Part shown: in pieces, positions 41,098 through 51,489 of the stretch
Position numbering within the stretch: the stretch's first letter is position 1
How the letters are laid out: every line of letters starts with the position of its first letter
Virus record (IMG/VR): IMGVR_UViG_3300028797_000004
DNA from: a virus
Lineage: Duplodnaviria > Caudoviricetes
Direction: 5' to 3' (one strand)
DNA: 64,000 bases
Translations under genes and position numbers: made by a program
Notes under the pieces: generated by a model
Told to the model about the DNA's origin: nothing
The model's database searches: none
Seen by the model: only the letters and a program-made list of their open reading frames with translations

Positions 41098-41419
41098 TCC
41101 GAAACCTCTTAAATCTGATGAAGACATATGTGTATTCTACACTCCGGTAGAAGGGCAACCAGAGAAACTTGTAGAGTGCAATATTCTTCGAGACGAATTC
41201 TGCAACGGCAAGCAGCACGCTTGTAGATTCTTCAAAACATTCGCAGACTATGTATCAGAACAAGATGCAGCGATACTTGCTAACAGAGAAGCAAACAGAT
41301 GTGTGGGTTGCAAATATGTGCGCACACCATGTCTTCTTTCTAGTGAAGACGCGTACAATGACGAGAATGGCTGATAACCCGGTTCACCTACTGCCCCATA
41401 TCTTATATATCTAGATACC

Positions 41420-41459
41420 AAACACCGTCATGCGCATTAGCGCAGGCGGTGTTTTCTTT
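41420..41459 (+). terminator. Intrinsic terminator
   Basis: AAACACCGTCATGCGC-ATTA-GCGCAGGCGGTGTTTTCTTT. Confidence 0.7.
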
Positions 41460-41569
41460 ATGCTTGAACATATTTGCAATACAAAAATCTGATTCAATTT
41501 CTGAAAATGCTCAAAGATTAATGAATGATTAACGAATCGTAAATAATTGATTAATTTTCTGAAAAACTA

Positions 41570-41598
41570 TTGATTTCCGGTACAAAAGATGCTATTAT
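41570..41598 (+). promoter_or_regulatory. Sigma70-type early promoter
   Basis: TTGATT-17 bp-TATTAT with TG extension; upstream block nearly identical to that at 23.2 kb. Confidence 0.75.
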
Positions 41599-41647
41599 AT
41601 AATCACACCAAACAACCACCTTACACATCTAAGAGGAGGAAGTATAT

Positions 41648-42073
41648 ATGATGAACATAGCTATTCTTTACACGCTGACAACAGCACAGGGCACACCTCA
41701 CAAGAAAGCGATAGTCGTTCGCACAGAGGAAGAGGTTGCTAACATTCTCGAGATCGCATCAAAGTCTGCTGACATCGAGATTGAAGAAGTCATCAAGCCG
41801 GACGGAGGCAACATGCACTACGCAAAATTCTACTGCTGGACTGGTGAAGGGCCTGTAGTCCCTCGCGTTCTTGAGTATGCACGTCTCGTGTACCCAAATC
41901 TTGCACCACTTTCAGACAAAGAGATTGAAGAGAAATACATGTACTGGGGTTCAGAATACGGATTCCACGCAATGTACAACGGAGACACCTGGGTGGTATT
42001 TGACAATATCAACAATCTGCCGCAGGATATGCGTCTTGACGCATACAACAATACTAAGCAGGAGGTCATCTAA
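41648..42073 (+). CDS. Early hypothetical protein
   Basis: First gene after the early promoter; RBS GAGGAGG. Confidence 0.6.
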   Translation: MMNIAILYTLTTAQGTPHKKAIVVRTEEEVANILEIASKSADIEIEEVIKPDGGNMHYAKFYCWTGEGPVVPRVLEYARLVYPNLAPLSDKEIEEKYMYWGSEYGFHAMYNGDTWVVFDNINNLPQDMRLDAYNNTKQEVI

Positions 42074-42075
42074 TC

Positions 42076-42408
42076 ATGAAAGTATTCAGAATTTATCAGC
42101 TGAAGCAGTCACCTAAGCTCCGCTATCACAGATTCACAAACTTAGCCCTCTTGCACAAGGAAGGCAACACAGTTGACAAGGACAATTACAATCTAGTTTA
42201 CACAGCGATTCGTCCTGAAGGCACAACTTACGACATGATTTTCGAAGAGTTCAACCTCTTCCGCCCTTCAGACTTCGAAGGGCATTCACTTTCAGTCAGT
42301 GACGTCATCGTTGACTACACAGATCGTGAAGACCCAAAAGCTGTCTACGTCGACAGCTTCGGATTCAAAGATGTACCTGAGTTCTTCGGCGAGGAGGTGA
42401 ACGCATGA
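42076..42408 (+). CDS. YodL-domain protein
   Basis: 'IYQLK...YNLVY...IFEEFN..RPSDFEGHSLSVSDVIV.......YVDSFGF'. Confidence 0.85.
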   Translation: MKVFRIYQLKQSPKLRYHRFTNLALLHKEGNTVDKDNYNLVYTAIRPEGTTYDMIFEEFNLFRPSDFEGHSLSVSDVIVDYTDREDPKAVYVDSFGFKDVPEFFGEEVNA

Positions 42409-43418
42409 AAGTTAAAGAGCTCAAGGCGTTGATTGCGTCTATTCCAGATCAGTATGATGAGCTTGAAGTCATTACAACTAATCCGAAATACGAATCGATA
42501 CCAGCTTCTACAAATGCTGTAGAGGTTACAGATGCGGAAGCTGGTTTCGCATTCTTTCCTTACTATCGCATAGATCTTGTGAAAGCACCGATCGGTGCTT
42601 CCTTGCACGAAACCTACACAGACATACCGGACCATAACAGGCCGCTTGAATATGAATCAGAGGAGGGCTGAACATGACCAAAGCTGAATTCACTAAGCAG
42701 ATTCTCATAGATGCAGCAGCAGTACGTCGTCAGATACTTGCGATACTGCTCGATTTCGAGAATATGATCAACACAGGGACAGCCGCTTCAGTAGGCAATC
42801 TCCCTATCAGCACAAATGCTGCTACTCGTGCTGGTTTCTTAAACTTTCTTAAGCGCCAGTGCATCGAGCTGTCAGACATATATCACTCACTCGGTGTAGC
42901 TTGTTACAACAAACAACCAAATATGATCTGGACAATCCTTACAACGCTACCGCCAAACCACCACCCACTTGTTGCTAATATACTTGAGAAATACCCACCA
43001 GAGGAACTTCCGAGAGGGGTGAAGTAATGGGCTTCATTCAGAAAACACATGTACCTACACCACTTACACCTGAGCAGCAGGTTCAGATGTCTTGGCCAGG
43101 TACTTACAGCATTGACGTATGGGCGTCGGATTGGCTTGAAGCAAAGCCAACTGCTCAGTATCACACAGCTGGGCTGTCAGCGTCCGACTGCGCTGTAAAA
43201 GCAATGCAGTTTATCTTCAATTACTGCAAAGGTAAGCAGCTGGAGATCTCAGATGTAGATCAAGACGAGCTGCTTGACGAATTTATCAACTTCGGAACAG
43301 CTGCTCTTGTAGCTGATAACATAGTGTTTCACATTGAACTGAATCGTTAGTAGCTGTATACTAACTTAGGTGTATCTAAGTTATTTATAAAATTTTAATT
43401 AAAAAGGAGAAATGAATC

Positions 43419-44387
43419 ATGAGCGCAAATATTGACACAATGGTTCACGTAGGTAAGCTTCCTTGGCACGGCTTATCTATAGAGCTCGAAGAAGTACCTA
43501 CAGATCCGCAGCAGATTGTTGCAGCTGCGCAGCTGGACTGGACAGTTGCTGCAACACGCATGTACACAGAGCTTCACGACAGCGTGAAGAATTACAAAGC
43601 AATCTATAGAGAGGACAACAACGATGTCCTCGGCGTAGCAAACATTGCAAATCCTCATTTCGCACAGAACACAGATATGTTCAACGCTTTTGGCGACATC
43701 TTGAACAAGGAAGTAGCATTCGAGACTGCTGCCAGCCTCGGTATCGGCGAAAAGGTATTCGGCTGCTTCAAGATCAATGATAGTTACAAGATCTTTGACG
43801 ACCAGATTGATCACTACCTTGTAGTAGTGAATGACCATCTCAAACCAGATGGTAAAATTACCATCATCAACACACCTGTAAGAGTTGTATGTCAGAATAC
43901 ACTTACAGAAGCTCTCAGCACTGCAGTTCTGAAGTATAGAATCAAATGCTCCCAGGACCTCAATCTCAACGCAACCCTTGCAAATCACATGATTTCAGCA
44001 TACGCAGACACACAGCAGATCCTTACTGCTCAAGCTGAAGCAATGTACAAGCAGAAAGTATCTCGTGAACAGATTGATAAGTTCTTAGATGAGCTGTTCC
44101 CTCTTATTCAAGCAGACGAAAGTTCTGAGCACCAGAAAGCTAATGAGCGTGTACTCATGCTCAGGGAGCAGTTCATCACACAGTGTGTCAACGCAGACAA
44201 CCTTCAGAACTTCAAAGGTACACAGTATCAGCTGTTCAATGCAGTTACTGACTGGGATCTGCATTACTTCAAGAATTCAGATGACGGGCTTGACCTTGAT
44301 CAGCGCATGAAGCGCCTGCCAGGTATTGCTGGTGAGGGTACAATCACTAAGAAAGCACTCAAGGTCCTGAAAGCATTAGCAGCATAA
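43419..44387 (+). CDS. DUF932 / phage-plasmid TIGR03299-like protein
   Basis: 'M.HVGKLPWHGL', 'AQLDWTV', 'FETAASL..GEKVF', 'TPVRVVCQNTL', 'GT.YQLFNAVTDW'. Confidence 0.85.
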   Translation: MSANIDTMVHVGKLPWHGLSIELEEVPTDPQQIVAAAQLDWTVAATRMYTELHDSVKNYKAIYREDNNDVLGVANIANPHFAQNTDMFNAFGDILNKEVAFETAASLGIGEKVFGCFKINDSYKIFDDQIDHYLVVVNDHLKPDGKITIINTPVRVVCQNTLTEALSTAVLKYRIKCSQDLNLNATLANHMISAYADTQQILTAQAEAMYKQKVSREQIDKFLDELFPLIQADESSEHQKANERVLMLREQFITQCVNADNLQNFKGTQYQLFNAVTDWDLHYFKNSDDGLDLDQRMKRLPGIAGEGTITKKALKVLKALAA

Positions 44388-44499
44388 CCTCTCAGGTAGC
44401 TGCGCAATTGATCATGAAAGTTTATAAGTTTAGTAGATATTTGTTACCTGCTATGCTTAAACTTTCGTCTCGTTAAGTCTCGCATTAGCTCAAAGGTAA

Positions 44500-44530
44500 A
44501 GGCGTACCACCAGGTACGCCTCTTCTTTTT
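44500..44530. terminator. Terminator between convergent genes
   Basis: AGGCGTACC-ACCA-GGTACGCCT followed by CTTCTTTTT. Confidence 0.7.
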
Positions 44531-45294
44531 CAATCTTCGTACATGCCTTCTCCGGACTTCAATCTCTTGTAGAGTTCATTCATCGCATGAGGTAGTGTCT
44601 TTTTAAGCTCTGCGAAGCTAACGCCGTATAAATCGGCAATCTGATATAGGTCTACATCTGTTAGTCGAGCTTCTCTGGACACCATCTCTTGAATCAGCAA
44701 CCCTTCAAGGTCGTCATACTCATCTGTGAGATACTTAGATATATCGGTTCGTCCTTCGTCTGGGGCTGGCATATATAGCTCATGTTCGGACAAGTCCGCC
44801 CAGTAGATGGATCCGAATATCGCTTTCAAGCTTGTCATTTCGTCCGCTGGTAGATCAACTTTCGACAAGTCCTCATATCTGACTTGCCCCCAATGCTTGC
44901 CGAGTTGAGCACCAGCTTTCATGCATAAGGTTCGCCGCAATGAATACTTCACCTCATTCAACTCTCGTTCAATCATCTCAGCAACTCTAAGCTTAAAGAA
45001 CGATGTAAACGATACATCTTTGCGATACCCCTTATGATTTTCATCGCCTTCCCACCTGTACCACCACCAGCATTCACAAAAGTGAACTAATGCTGACTGA
45101 AACTTATCTAGATATTCAACAGACGTGTTGTTGATAAACGTGTCCTTCGCAATAAATCCGAAGAACGTATAATTCAACTTGATAATCTGATCTCTCACGT
45201 CTATGCGGGCCATTCTAGCATTCTTCTCTTGTGGTAGTGAGTCATACAATCTCAGTGTTTCCTCTTTTACACTGTTGTATGCTTCATTTTTCAT
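44530..45294 (-). CDS. Divergent sigma70-family factor (phage sigma)
   Basis: 'VRDQIIKLNYTFFGFIAK....VEYLDKFQSALVHF.......DVSFTSFFKLRVAEMIEREL' follows sigma region 2; C-terminal HTH 'LYQIADLYGVS'; the only clear minus-strand gene. Confidence 0.6.
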   Translation of the reverse strand: MKNEAYNSVKEETLRLYDSLPQEKNARMARIDVRDQIIKLNYTFFGFIAKDTFINNTSVEYLDKFQSALVHFCECWWWYRWEGDENHKGYRKDVSFTSFFKLRVAEMIERELNEVKYSLRRTLCMKAGAQLGKHWGQVRYEDLSKVDLPADEMTSLKAIFGSIYWADLSEHELYMPAPDEGRTDISKYLTDEYDDLEGLLIQEMVSREARLTDVDLYQIADLYGVSFAELKKTLPHAMNELYKRLKSGEGMYED

Positions 45295-45327
45295 CTCATA
45301 TCACACTCCCTTCCAGGTGATATAATA

Positions 45328-45356
45328 ATTATATGGTGGTTTGATTCAGAAGTCAA
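45328..45356 (-). promoter_or_regulatory. Sigma70-type promoter for the minus-strand sigma-like gene
   Basis: On the minus strand TTGACT-17 bp-TATAAT. Confidence 0.75.
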
Positions 45357-45459
45357 GATGATTTGAAAAATCTCCGAAGGTAAAAACCTAACGAAATTTA
45401 GCAGAAATTTTCGTATAGAATTAACGAAATCGGCTAAAATCGTCAGATCGTGCAGAAGG

Positions 45460-45615
45460 GGTTGCGCTCGCGCATTAGTACGCACATGCGCGCGTGCGCA
45501 TTAGTACGCATACGCGCATTAAATCATGACATGTTTGAAAAGATACAGATAAATACATACAATAAAAACAAGAGAATACAATCAATCATGACATGTATAT
45601 TAAATTAAATTTTTG
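45460..45615. repeat. Candidate replication origin: GC-rich direct repeats plus AT-rich tract
   Basis: GCGCATTAGTACGCA x2 plus a partial third; AATCATGACATGT x2; A-rich spacer; lies between divergent promoters upstream of the replication genes. Confidence 0.45.
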
Positions 45616-45819
45616 TGTAGATCTGAGATGCGTTCTGTACAGATCTAGAATCTGAACCCTGAACTACTTCACGTGACGATGTGAAGCATGGATAAGATAT
45701 CCTGCGGCGAATTAAACTTTTTAATTATTTGATTTGGAAGCAATTTGTTGAATTATTGGTAGAATCTAGTAAAATTATTAATAGATGATTAAAATTTCGT
45801 AAATCTTTTTCAAAACTTA

Positions 45820-45848
45820 TTGACTTCTCATAGGCGAGGGCTTATAAT
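45820..45848 (+). promoter_or_regulatory. Sigma70-type promoter of the replication operon
   Basis: TTGACT-17 bp-TATAAT. Confidence 0.75.
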
Positions 45849-45890
45849 ATTTACATGACGTGAAAGAAAAATGTTGGACACACATCATCC

Positions 45891-46005
45891 AGAAGTGGTG
45901 TAAGTTCAGCTGCATAGTCCTAGCGAAGAGGACTTCTGGTATTTCTGCATGCGTGCAGATCTACCTCTCGCTGGCACATGTGCAGTTGAGCTTACACCAC
46001 TTTTT
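45891..46005 (+). ncRNA. Long (~115 nt) leader hairpin
   Basis: AAGTGGTGTAAGTTCAGCTGCATA pairs with TGTGCAGTTGAGCTTACACCACTT (24 bp including G-U); inner CTAGCGA/TCGCTGG and GAGG/CCTC stems; U-tract after. Confidence 0.6.
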
Positions 46006-46030
46006 GTTTGTACGAAATGAGGTGATCGTT

Positions 46031-46864
46031 ATGAATGATAAACCAGTCAACTTTGCTACGGCATTGAATTCTTCGGTTCGAGTACTCAAGTACAGTCGAG
46101 CTCAGTTTGAGCTCAAAGGCGATCTGAAGTTAACTGATAATCTGCACATGCGGGAGATGCTGAATAATCTATTAGACTCTGCTGCATATCTGTGCAGTAC
46201 TCTTGGCGAGTCTGATATGCTTATAGCATTGCAGTCTATGAAGCCTATCCCAGAACTGCTTCAGCCATATTTGCTTCCTGCTCAAGCTCGACCTACTGCT
46301 GAAAGTTCAGAACCTCAGATATCTTGGAAGAAAATTATGTTTAAGTATCATACAGCAATTGATACATTGATTACGCCTGCAGGCGCTTCTCAAGTTACTG
46401 CACACAGTATACATCTGCTCAAGCAATGGTTTCATGCTAGGTTCCAAGTTACTTCGTGTAAGTGTGATGTGAATTCTATGCCGAATTACTTCTTATGTTT
46501 CATTCTTGCGCTGAGTGCAGCAATTGAAGCTGGTCAATTCAGTGCTTTTCAATCTGAATTGAATCATTGGTGTGAGCAAGTGTTATGCGGCGAAGCTACA
46601 TATGTTTTTCCTCAGTGCTGCGTACCAGCTTGGGAGGCGATGAAGTCCGCACAACTTGTAGTTCCGTATGTAACTCGTACAAGCGTTATCATATGGGGTG
46701 AGTTGTATCGTACGTCTTTACGAGATCTATTCAATTGGGAATACAGACCTGCTGCTCTAGATCGTGACGCTGTATTTGACTTAGTTGACGCAGCTACACG
46801 AAGAAAGCTTAAACAGCTGATTGCTGCAGAGTCTAAGTCTGTAGTGAAAGGGGAAGCTAAATGA
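46031..46864 (+). CDS. Hypothetical protein (replication operon)
   Basis: Start corrected to ATG 46031 (RBS GAGGTG). Confidence 0.6.
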   Translation: MNDKPVNFATALNSSVRVLKYSRAQFELKGDLKLTDNLHMREMLNNLLDSAAYLCSTLGESDMLIALQSMKPIPELLQPYLLPAQARPTAESSEPQISWKKIMFKYHTAIDTLITPAGASQVTAHSIHLLKQWFHARFQVTSCKCDVNSMPNYFLCFILALSAAIEAGQFSAFQSELNHWCEQVLCGEATYVFPQCCVPAWEAMKSAQLVVPYVTRTSVIIWGELYRTSLRDLFNWEYRPAALDRDAVFDLVDAATRRKLKQLIAAESKSVVKGEAK

Positions 46865-48135
46865 AAAATTTAATTTTTACTCAGCTTACAGAACAGCTGC
46901 CTTATCCTCCGCAAGTAAAAGGAAAACTGTCCTCGCTTCATAGTTCTGTCATTGCTGCAGCAATTGATAAATTTCAAGATACTCGAAGTTTTAAAACAGA
47001 CGTGATTGACGTGCTGAACTGCTTGTCTTATTGTATACTGACTAATACGGCTGTACATACAGTATGGAGTATCAATGACCCCCTCATCTTGACTAACTGT
47101 GATGATCTACTTGATAGCCCTGAACTGCTTCCTACATTAGGTGAGCTGTTTATTTCTTATTCGGACGTATCCTGGGACGTTGAAGAGTCCGAAGTACCTG
47201 TAACTATTGGTAATGTAAATCAGGCCTTGCAAGAGTTTGAATCTGCACAACGTGAAGCTAATTTTTCTATATCTAATGATTCTGGGCTCACAGATGCTCT
47301 ATTTGCGAAACCTGAAATTGTTGATCTTAACTCTCGACGTGAAGAGCAGCTTGCAGCGGAAGAAGCTAATCAGCCAACACCTAAGTTTCATCTGCTATTA
47401 GGTCATTCACCGTTTCCTCAGTTTGATTATAATTCTATCTGGTTTCACCAGATCATCAACAGTACAGAGTACACTATGTATCGCACTCTGCCTGAGATCC
47501 CGACTAACCAGTCAGAGATAACTATTACTACTGATCCAGGTAAGCTTACAGCTAAAGACCGAGCTAAGCTGTTCCCAAACAGAGTTATTCATGTGCGACC
47601 TCAGGAGATGCACATACCTGTTACTGGTCTGCCATTTGATGAAACTCTAGGTACAATTATTCCTATATCTGGATTCTCAGAAGAGCAGGTGCGAAGAAAT
47701 ATCATTGAGTATCCTCACTTCCATATGCTGATGAAGCATGCAGATGCTCCTGATTCTGAGAATTTTGGTATCAGATCGTTTGGCGCATCTATTGAAATTG
47801 ATGGTGAGCTTCTAGATCTGACTCAAGAGGAGTCTTGGGAGCAGGTGCCAGATCTGAATAAGCTGCCTAGGACAGCTAAATTCAGAAATGAATATGTAAT
47901 TCGCAGATACCTTCTTGAGCGTGACATCATAGGTATTGAACATAAGTACTCGATGTATGGTGCGCTTCAGAAGTTTCTTACATTGTTCATGCCCGCAGAG
48001 CAGTACTTGGCTCTCGGTTATGATCCTGATAAGATTGCAGAACAGTGTGTAAAGTCTCGTGTTAACTTCTACTTGACCCGCAACCCTATACTTCGTATGG
48101 CGTACGGTGATAAGGTATTTCAGCTAATGCGATAA
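46861..48135 (+). CDS. Hypothetical protein (replication operon)
   Basis: 424-aa ORF coupled to the upstream gene, just before the helicase loader. Confidence 0.6.
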   Translation: MKNLIFTQLTEQLPYPPQVKGKLSSLHSSVIAAAIDKFQDTRSFKTDVIDVLNCLSYCILTNTAVHTVWSINDPLILTNCDDLLDSPELLPTLGELFISYSDVSWDVEESEVPVTIGNVNQALQEFESAQREANFSISNDSGLTDALFAKPEIVDLNSRREEQLAAEEANQPTPKFHLLLGHSPFPQFDYNSIWFHQIINSTEYTMYRTLPEIPTNQSEITITTDPGKLTAKDRAKLFPNRVIHVRPQEMHIPVTGLPFDETLGTIIPISGFSEEQVRRNIIEYPHFHMLMKHADAPDSENFGIRSFGASIEIDGELLDLTQEESWEQVPDLNKLPRTAKFRNEYVIRRYLLERDIIGIEHKYSMYGALQKFLTLFMPAEQYLALGYDPDKIAEQCVKSRVNFYLTRNPILRMAYGDKVFQLMR

Positions 48136-48151
48136 GTTAGGGGGTGACAGT

Positions 48152-48769
48152 TTGAAGAAATCATGTATCCTCTTCGGCAAATGTGTGAAGCCTAGATGTG
48201 ATTTCTCTTGTCCGGAATACGCAGAGACAGACTATCTTCTGTCTCGCAATAACATTTCTTTAGCAAACAAAGTGTTTCATGCTAACAAACGACAGATTCG
48301 ACACTACAGTGACCTGATGGATTGTTATCCTGACAAGTTAACAACAGTGTTTGTTCGTAACACAGCTGATACGTCAACTATCGACACAGCTCAGCTACTG
48401 ACATACATTGCTGTTTGTAAGAAATGGAAAGGTAATACGCTGCACTGTAGCGTGTACCATCTACATTTTTCATCGTATCTAGACGATATGCAGAGGAGTT
48501 GGGGGACTCCTTCTGAAGCGTTTGAGTATCAAAAGATTTGGATAAAATCTGCAAAAATTTTGATTATATCTAGTATAGACTACGTTCAGTTTAAGGACTT
48601 CCCGTCTCAAGCATTGTTAAATATCATTCAAGGTCGTAAGATTGACGGCCTTTGCACAATAGTTGTTTCTCCACCAACTAATGAACTCCTTGGAGATAGA
48701 AATTCTATGTTTTTCAGTAAGCTGAAGGACATGCTTAATTCTTCCGAGGAAGGTAGGGGACAGAGATGA
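48152..48769 (+). CDS. Degenerate DnaC/DnaI-like helicase loader
   Basis: Cys-rich N-terminus; 'AKILIISSID', 'LLNIIQGRKIDGLCTIVVS' DnaC-like C-terminus; Walker A not recognisable; directly before DnaB. Confidence 0.55.
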   Translation: MKKSCILFGKCVKPRCDFSCPEYAETDYLLSRNNISLANKVFHANKRQIRHYSDLMDCYPDKLTTVFVRNTADTSTIDTAQLLTYIAVCKKWKGNTLHCSVYHLHFSSYLDDMQRSWGTPSEAFEYQKIWIKSAKILIISSIDYVQFKDFPSQALLNIIQGRKIDGLCTIVVSPPTNELLGDRNSMFFSKLKDMLNSSEEGRGQR

Positions 48770-50148
48770 GTGTAGCAGGTTCAATTGAACTGCAAATGAT
48801 TTCCAAAATTTTAACATCACAAGATCCTGCACAGGTAGAAATCTTATGTGGGTTTGGTCCAGAATACTATGACATTCTGCAACCGCATATAAAGTTTATC
48901 TTGCAGCATAAAGAAACTTACGGGAATGTGCCTGATGTGTTTACATTTCAGGCAGAATTCAATGATATAAATTTAGTTGCTGTATCAGAGGATACAGAAT
49001 ATCTTTGCCAAGGTATTATCAAGAATCGAGAGCGTATCCTGCTACTTCAAACATTCAACAAAGTAAAGATGCTTGGTGTAGACGACGCAACTGCGGCATG
49101 GGAATATATTCACCAACAGTATCTGGAGTTTGAAGGTCTTGGTACTAATCTGCCTGAGGACATTGTTCACAATGCGAAAGAGCGTAGTCGAAAGATTGTA
49201 GAGATGAGCAAACAAGCTCGTATCCCTACAGGTTTCGATGAGATAGACGAAGTCATGTATGGTGGTCTGTCTACTGTTGAGGAACTGTTCATAATCATTG
49301 CTCGAACCAATTCTGGTAAGAGCTGGGTAGGTGCGCAGATGGCTGAAGCTGCTCAGAAGCACGGGTTCAATGTCTTGTATTATTCTCCTGAGATGCAGAG
49401 CGCGTATCTTGCTACCAGATTCGACACTTGGCGTGGTCACTTTGAAAACAGCAAACTTTACTGCGGTGATTATGACGAGAACTATTACAAATACTTGGAG
49501 GATCTAGAATCTCAAGATTCAGCTATCTACGTCTTGGAGGACAAAGATGCCCCTGGCGGTGTAGTAGATGTACCGTACCTTGATAAATTAGTCTCTAAGC
49601 TACACATAGGTGAAGTCATCATTGACGGTATCTCCTATGTCCAAGATGCGAAGAAAGCTACATATACGCATGATCAGTTTAAGAACATCGCTGGCGACTT
49701 GTTTCAGATGAGCAAGAAACGTCATTGTGCGGTGTGTGTAATGATGCAAGCTAACAGAGAGACTCAGAATTGTAAAGATGAAAAAGGTGAGATTTTCCCT
49801 ACCATATTTCAAGCTGAGGGTTCTGATCAGCCTGCAAGAATTGCAACTACAGTGTTCACTATGCGTCAGATATTTGATCGTCACGTGCTGGATCTTCGCT
49901 TAGAGAAGGCAAGATCCGCTAAGAATCAGAAACAAACATTCAGCTATGCTTGGGACATTAACACAGGTACAAAGGATTATATGCCAGGAGATTCTGCAGA
50001 CGGTTCTATTGCCCCTCAGGGTGTAGCTCCTGCGTCACCTAATGTCCATGTAGACCTCCCGAACATATCTGTTCCAACTTTATCTCCTTTTGCTGTCCCT
50101 GAGGTAAGCCCAGTAGTCGATTCAGAGGAGGATGTAGATTTTGACTGA
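48766..50148 (+). CDS. dnaB: Replicative DnaB-like helicase
   Basis: 'IPTGFDEID', Walker A 'IARTNSGKS', 'YSPEM', 'IIDGISY', 'QANRE', 'LEKAR'. Confidence 0.9.
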   Translation: MSVAGSIELQMISKILTSQDPAQVEILCGFGPEYYDILQPHIKFILQHKETYGNVPDVFTFQAEFNDINLVAVSEDTEYLCQGIIKNRERILLLQTFNKVKMLGVDDATAAWEYIHQQYLEFEGLGTNLPEDIVHNAKERSRKIVEMSKQARIPTGFDEIDEVMYGGLSTVEELFIIIARTNSGKSWVGAQMAEAAQKHGFNVLYYSPEMQSAYLATRFDTWRGHFENSKLYCGDYDENYYKYLEDLESQDSAIYVLEDKDAPGGVVDVPYLDKLVSKLHIGEVIIDGISYVQDAKKATYTHDQFKNIAGDLFQMSKKRHCAVCVMMQANRETQNCKDEKGEIFPTIFQAEGSDQPARIATTVFTMRQIFDRHVLDLRLEKARSAKNQKQTFSYAWDINTGTKDYMPGDSADGSIAPQGVAPASPNVHVDLPNISVPTLSPFAVPEVSPVVDSEEDVDFD

Positions 50149-51139
50149 TATTGCAACAATTGTTGAGCAGCTTGATGCGTTCGGACTGATACGCAAAGCA
50201 CAAGTACGAGGTCAGTGGTATTCTATTTATTGCCCATATCACAGTGATGGTCAAGAGAAGAAGCCTTCCTGCGGCATATCGCTTGTAGACGAATATCGTG
50301 CAGGGCGTCACTACCGTTCTGGTACACTTCATTGCTTCGCTTGTGGTGCAGTAAAGTCTCTTCCTGAATTAGTCGATGATATGATAAAAATTCATAACAT
50401 TGATCAAGCAAGTAGGGATTGGCTTACTGAAAATATAGCTGGCTATGACGCAGATAATTCTGATTTTGAAAAGCTGATCCCCGATGAGCTTTCTGAGTCT
50501 GTAGAAAACAGATTTGCGCTTCAGAGCATTCTTACGGCTTCTTTCTATCAGCGTAAAGCATTTGTTTCTGAAGAAGAATTAGCTTCTTACAGATATACTG
50601 TACCATACATGTATGAGCGTAAGCTTACAGACGAACTCATAGAGAAATTTGATATTGGTGTAGATATGAATTTTGTCCCGCCTGGGAGAAAGCAAGCTCT
50701 GCCGTGTATTACATTTCCTGTGCGGGATATTCAAGGCAGGACGCTGTTCTTATGTCGACGTTCTATTGAAGGTAAATTCTTCAACTACCCTCAAGGTATC
50801 ACCAAACCTGTGTATGGTATCTATGAATTACCTAAGGACTGCAAACGTGTATACATCTGTGAAAGCTGTTTCAACGCACTGACGTGTTGGCGATATGGTG
50901 AATACGCTGTAGCTCTGCTAGGCACTGGTAACGCTACACAAATACAGCAGCTCAAGCAATTAGGTGTTACTGAATTTGTCATTGCTCTTGACCCTGATGA
51001 AGCTGGCCGCAAAGGCACTCAGAAACTGATGAAAGCTCTTAGCTCTGTAGCTATCGTCTGGGCACTTACAGGTGTACCTGAAGGTAAAGATATCAATGAT
51101 TTAACAGAAGAAGAATTTAGAGCATTAGAATTGGAGTGA
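50141..51139 (+). CDS. dnaG: DNA primase (Zn-finger + TOPRIM)
   Basis: 'CPYH...KKPSC...HCFACG'; 'ICESCFNAL', 'ALDPDEAG', 'KDINDL'. Confidence 0.9.
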   Translation: MTDIATIVEQLDAFGLIRKAQVRGQWYSIYCPYHSDGQEKKPSCGISLVDEYRAGRHYRSGTLHCFACGAVKSLPELVDDMIKIHNIDQASRDWLTENIAGYDADNSDFEKLIPDELSESVENRFALQSILTASFYQRKAFVSEEELASYRYTVPYMYERKLTDELIEKFDIGVDMNFVPPGRKQALPCITFPVRDIQGRTLFLCRRSIEGKFFNYPQGITKPVYGIYELPKDCKRVYICESCFNALTCWRYGEYAVALLGTGNATQIQQLKQLGVTEFVIALDPDEAGRKGTQKLMKALSSVAIVWALTGVPEGKDINDLTEEEFRALELE

Positions 51140-51489
51140 TAAAATGACAATAAATTCACAAAAGCCGCAGAAGCTTCGTGCAGCTATCCTCAAAGAATAC
51201 GAGGACATTGTTGTTGATGCAGTGGTTGACTACATAGAAACTCAAGGATTTCATTCAGGAAAAGACGGGTTCAAGCTCTTAATATTTCTCATGGCTCCTA
51301 CTAGTCCTTTACTGAACGGGCTTCAAATTACACTGGAGTACAACCACATAATTTCAGATATAGACTTGCGCAGAATGATTCGTGATGTTAAACGAAATAT
51401 TCAAGCGTATCTTACAGAAAATCATTGACATCAACGATTAATAAATTATTAATAATTGATTAATAGACTATAAATTTTTATCGTACATA

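Noticed and set aside
45860-46030. 57-aa N-terminal extension of the ORF called at 45860
   Set aside because: It overlaps the leader hairpin and has no RBS; the ATG at 46031 has GAGGTG
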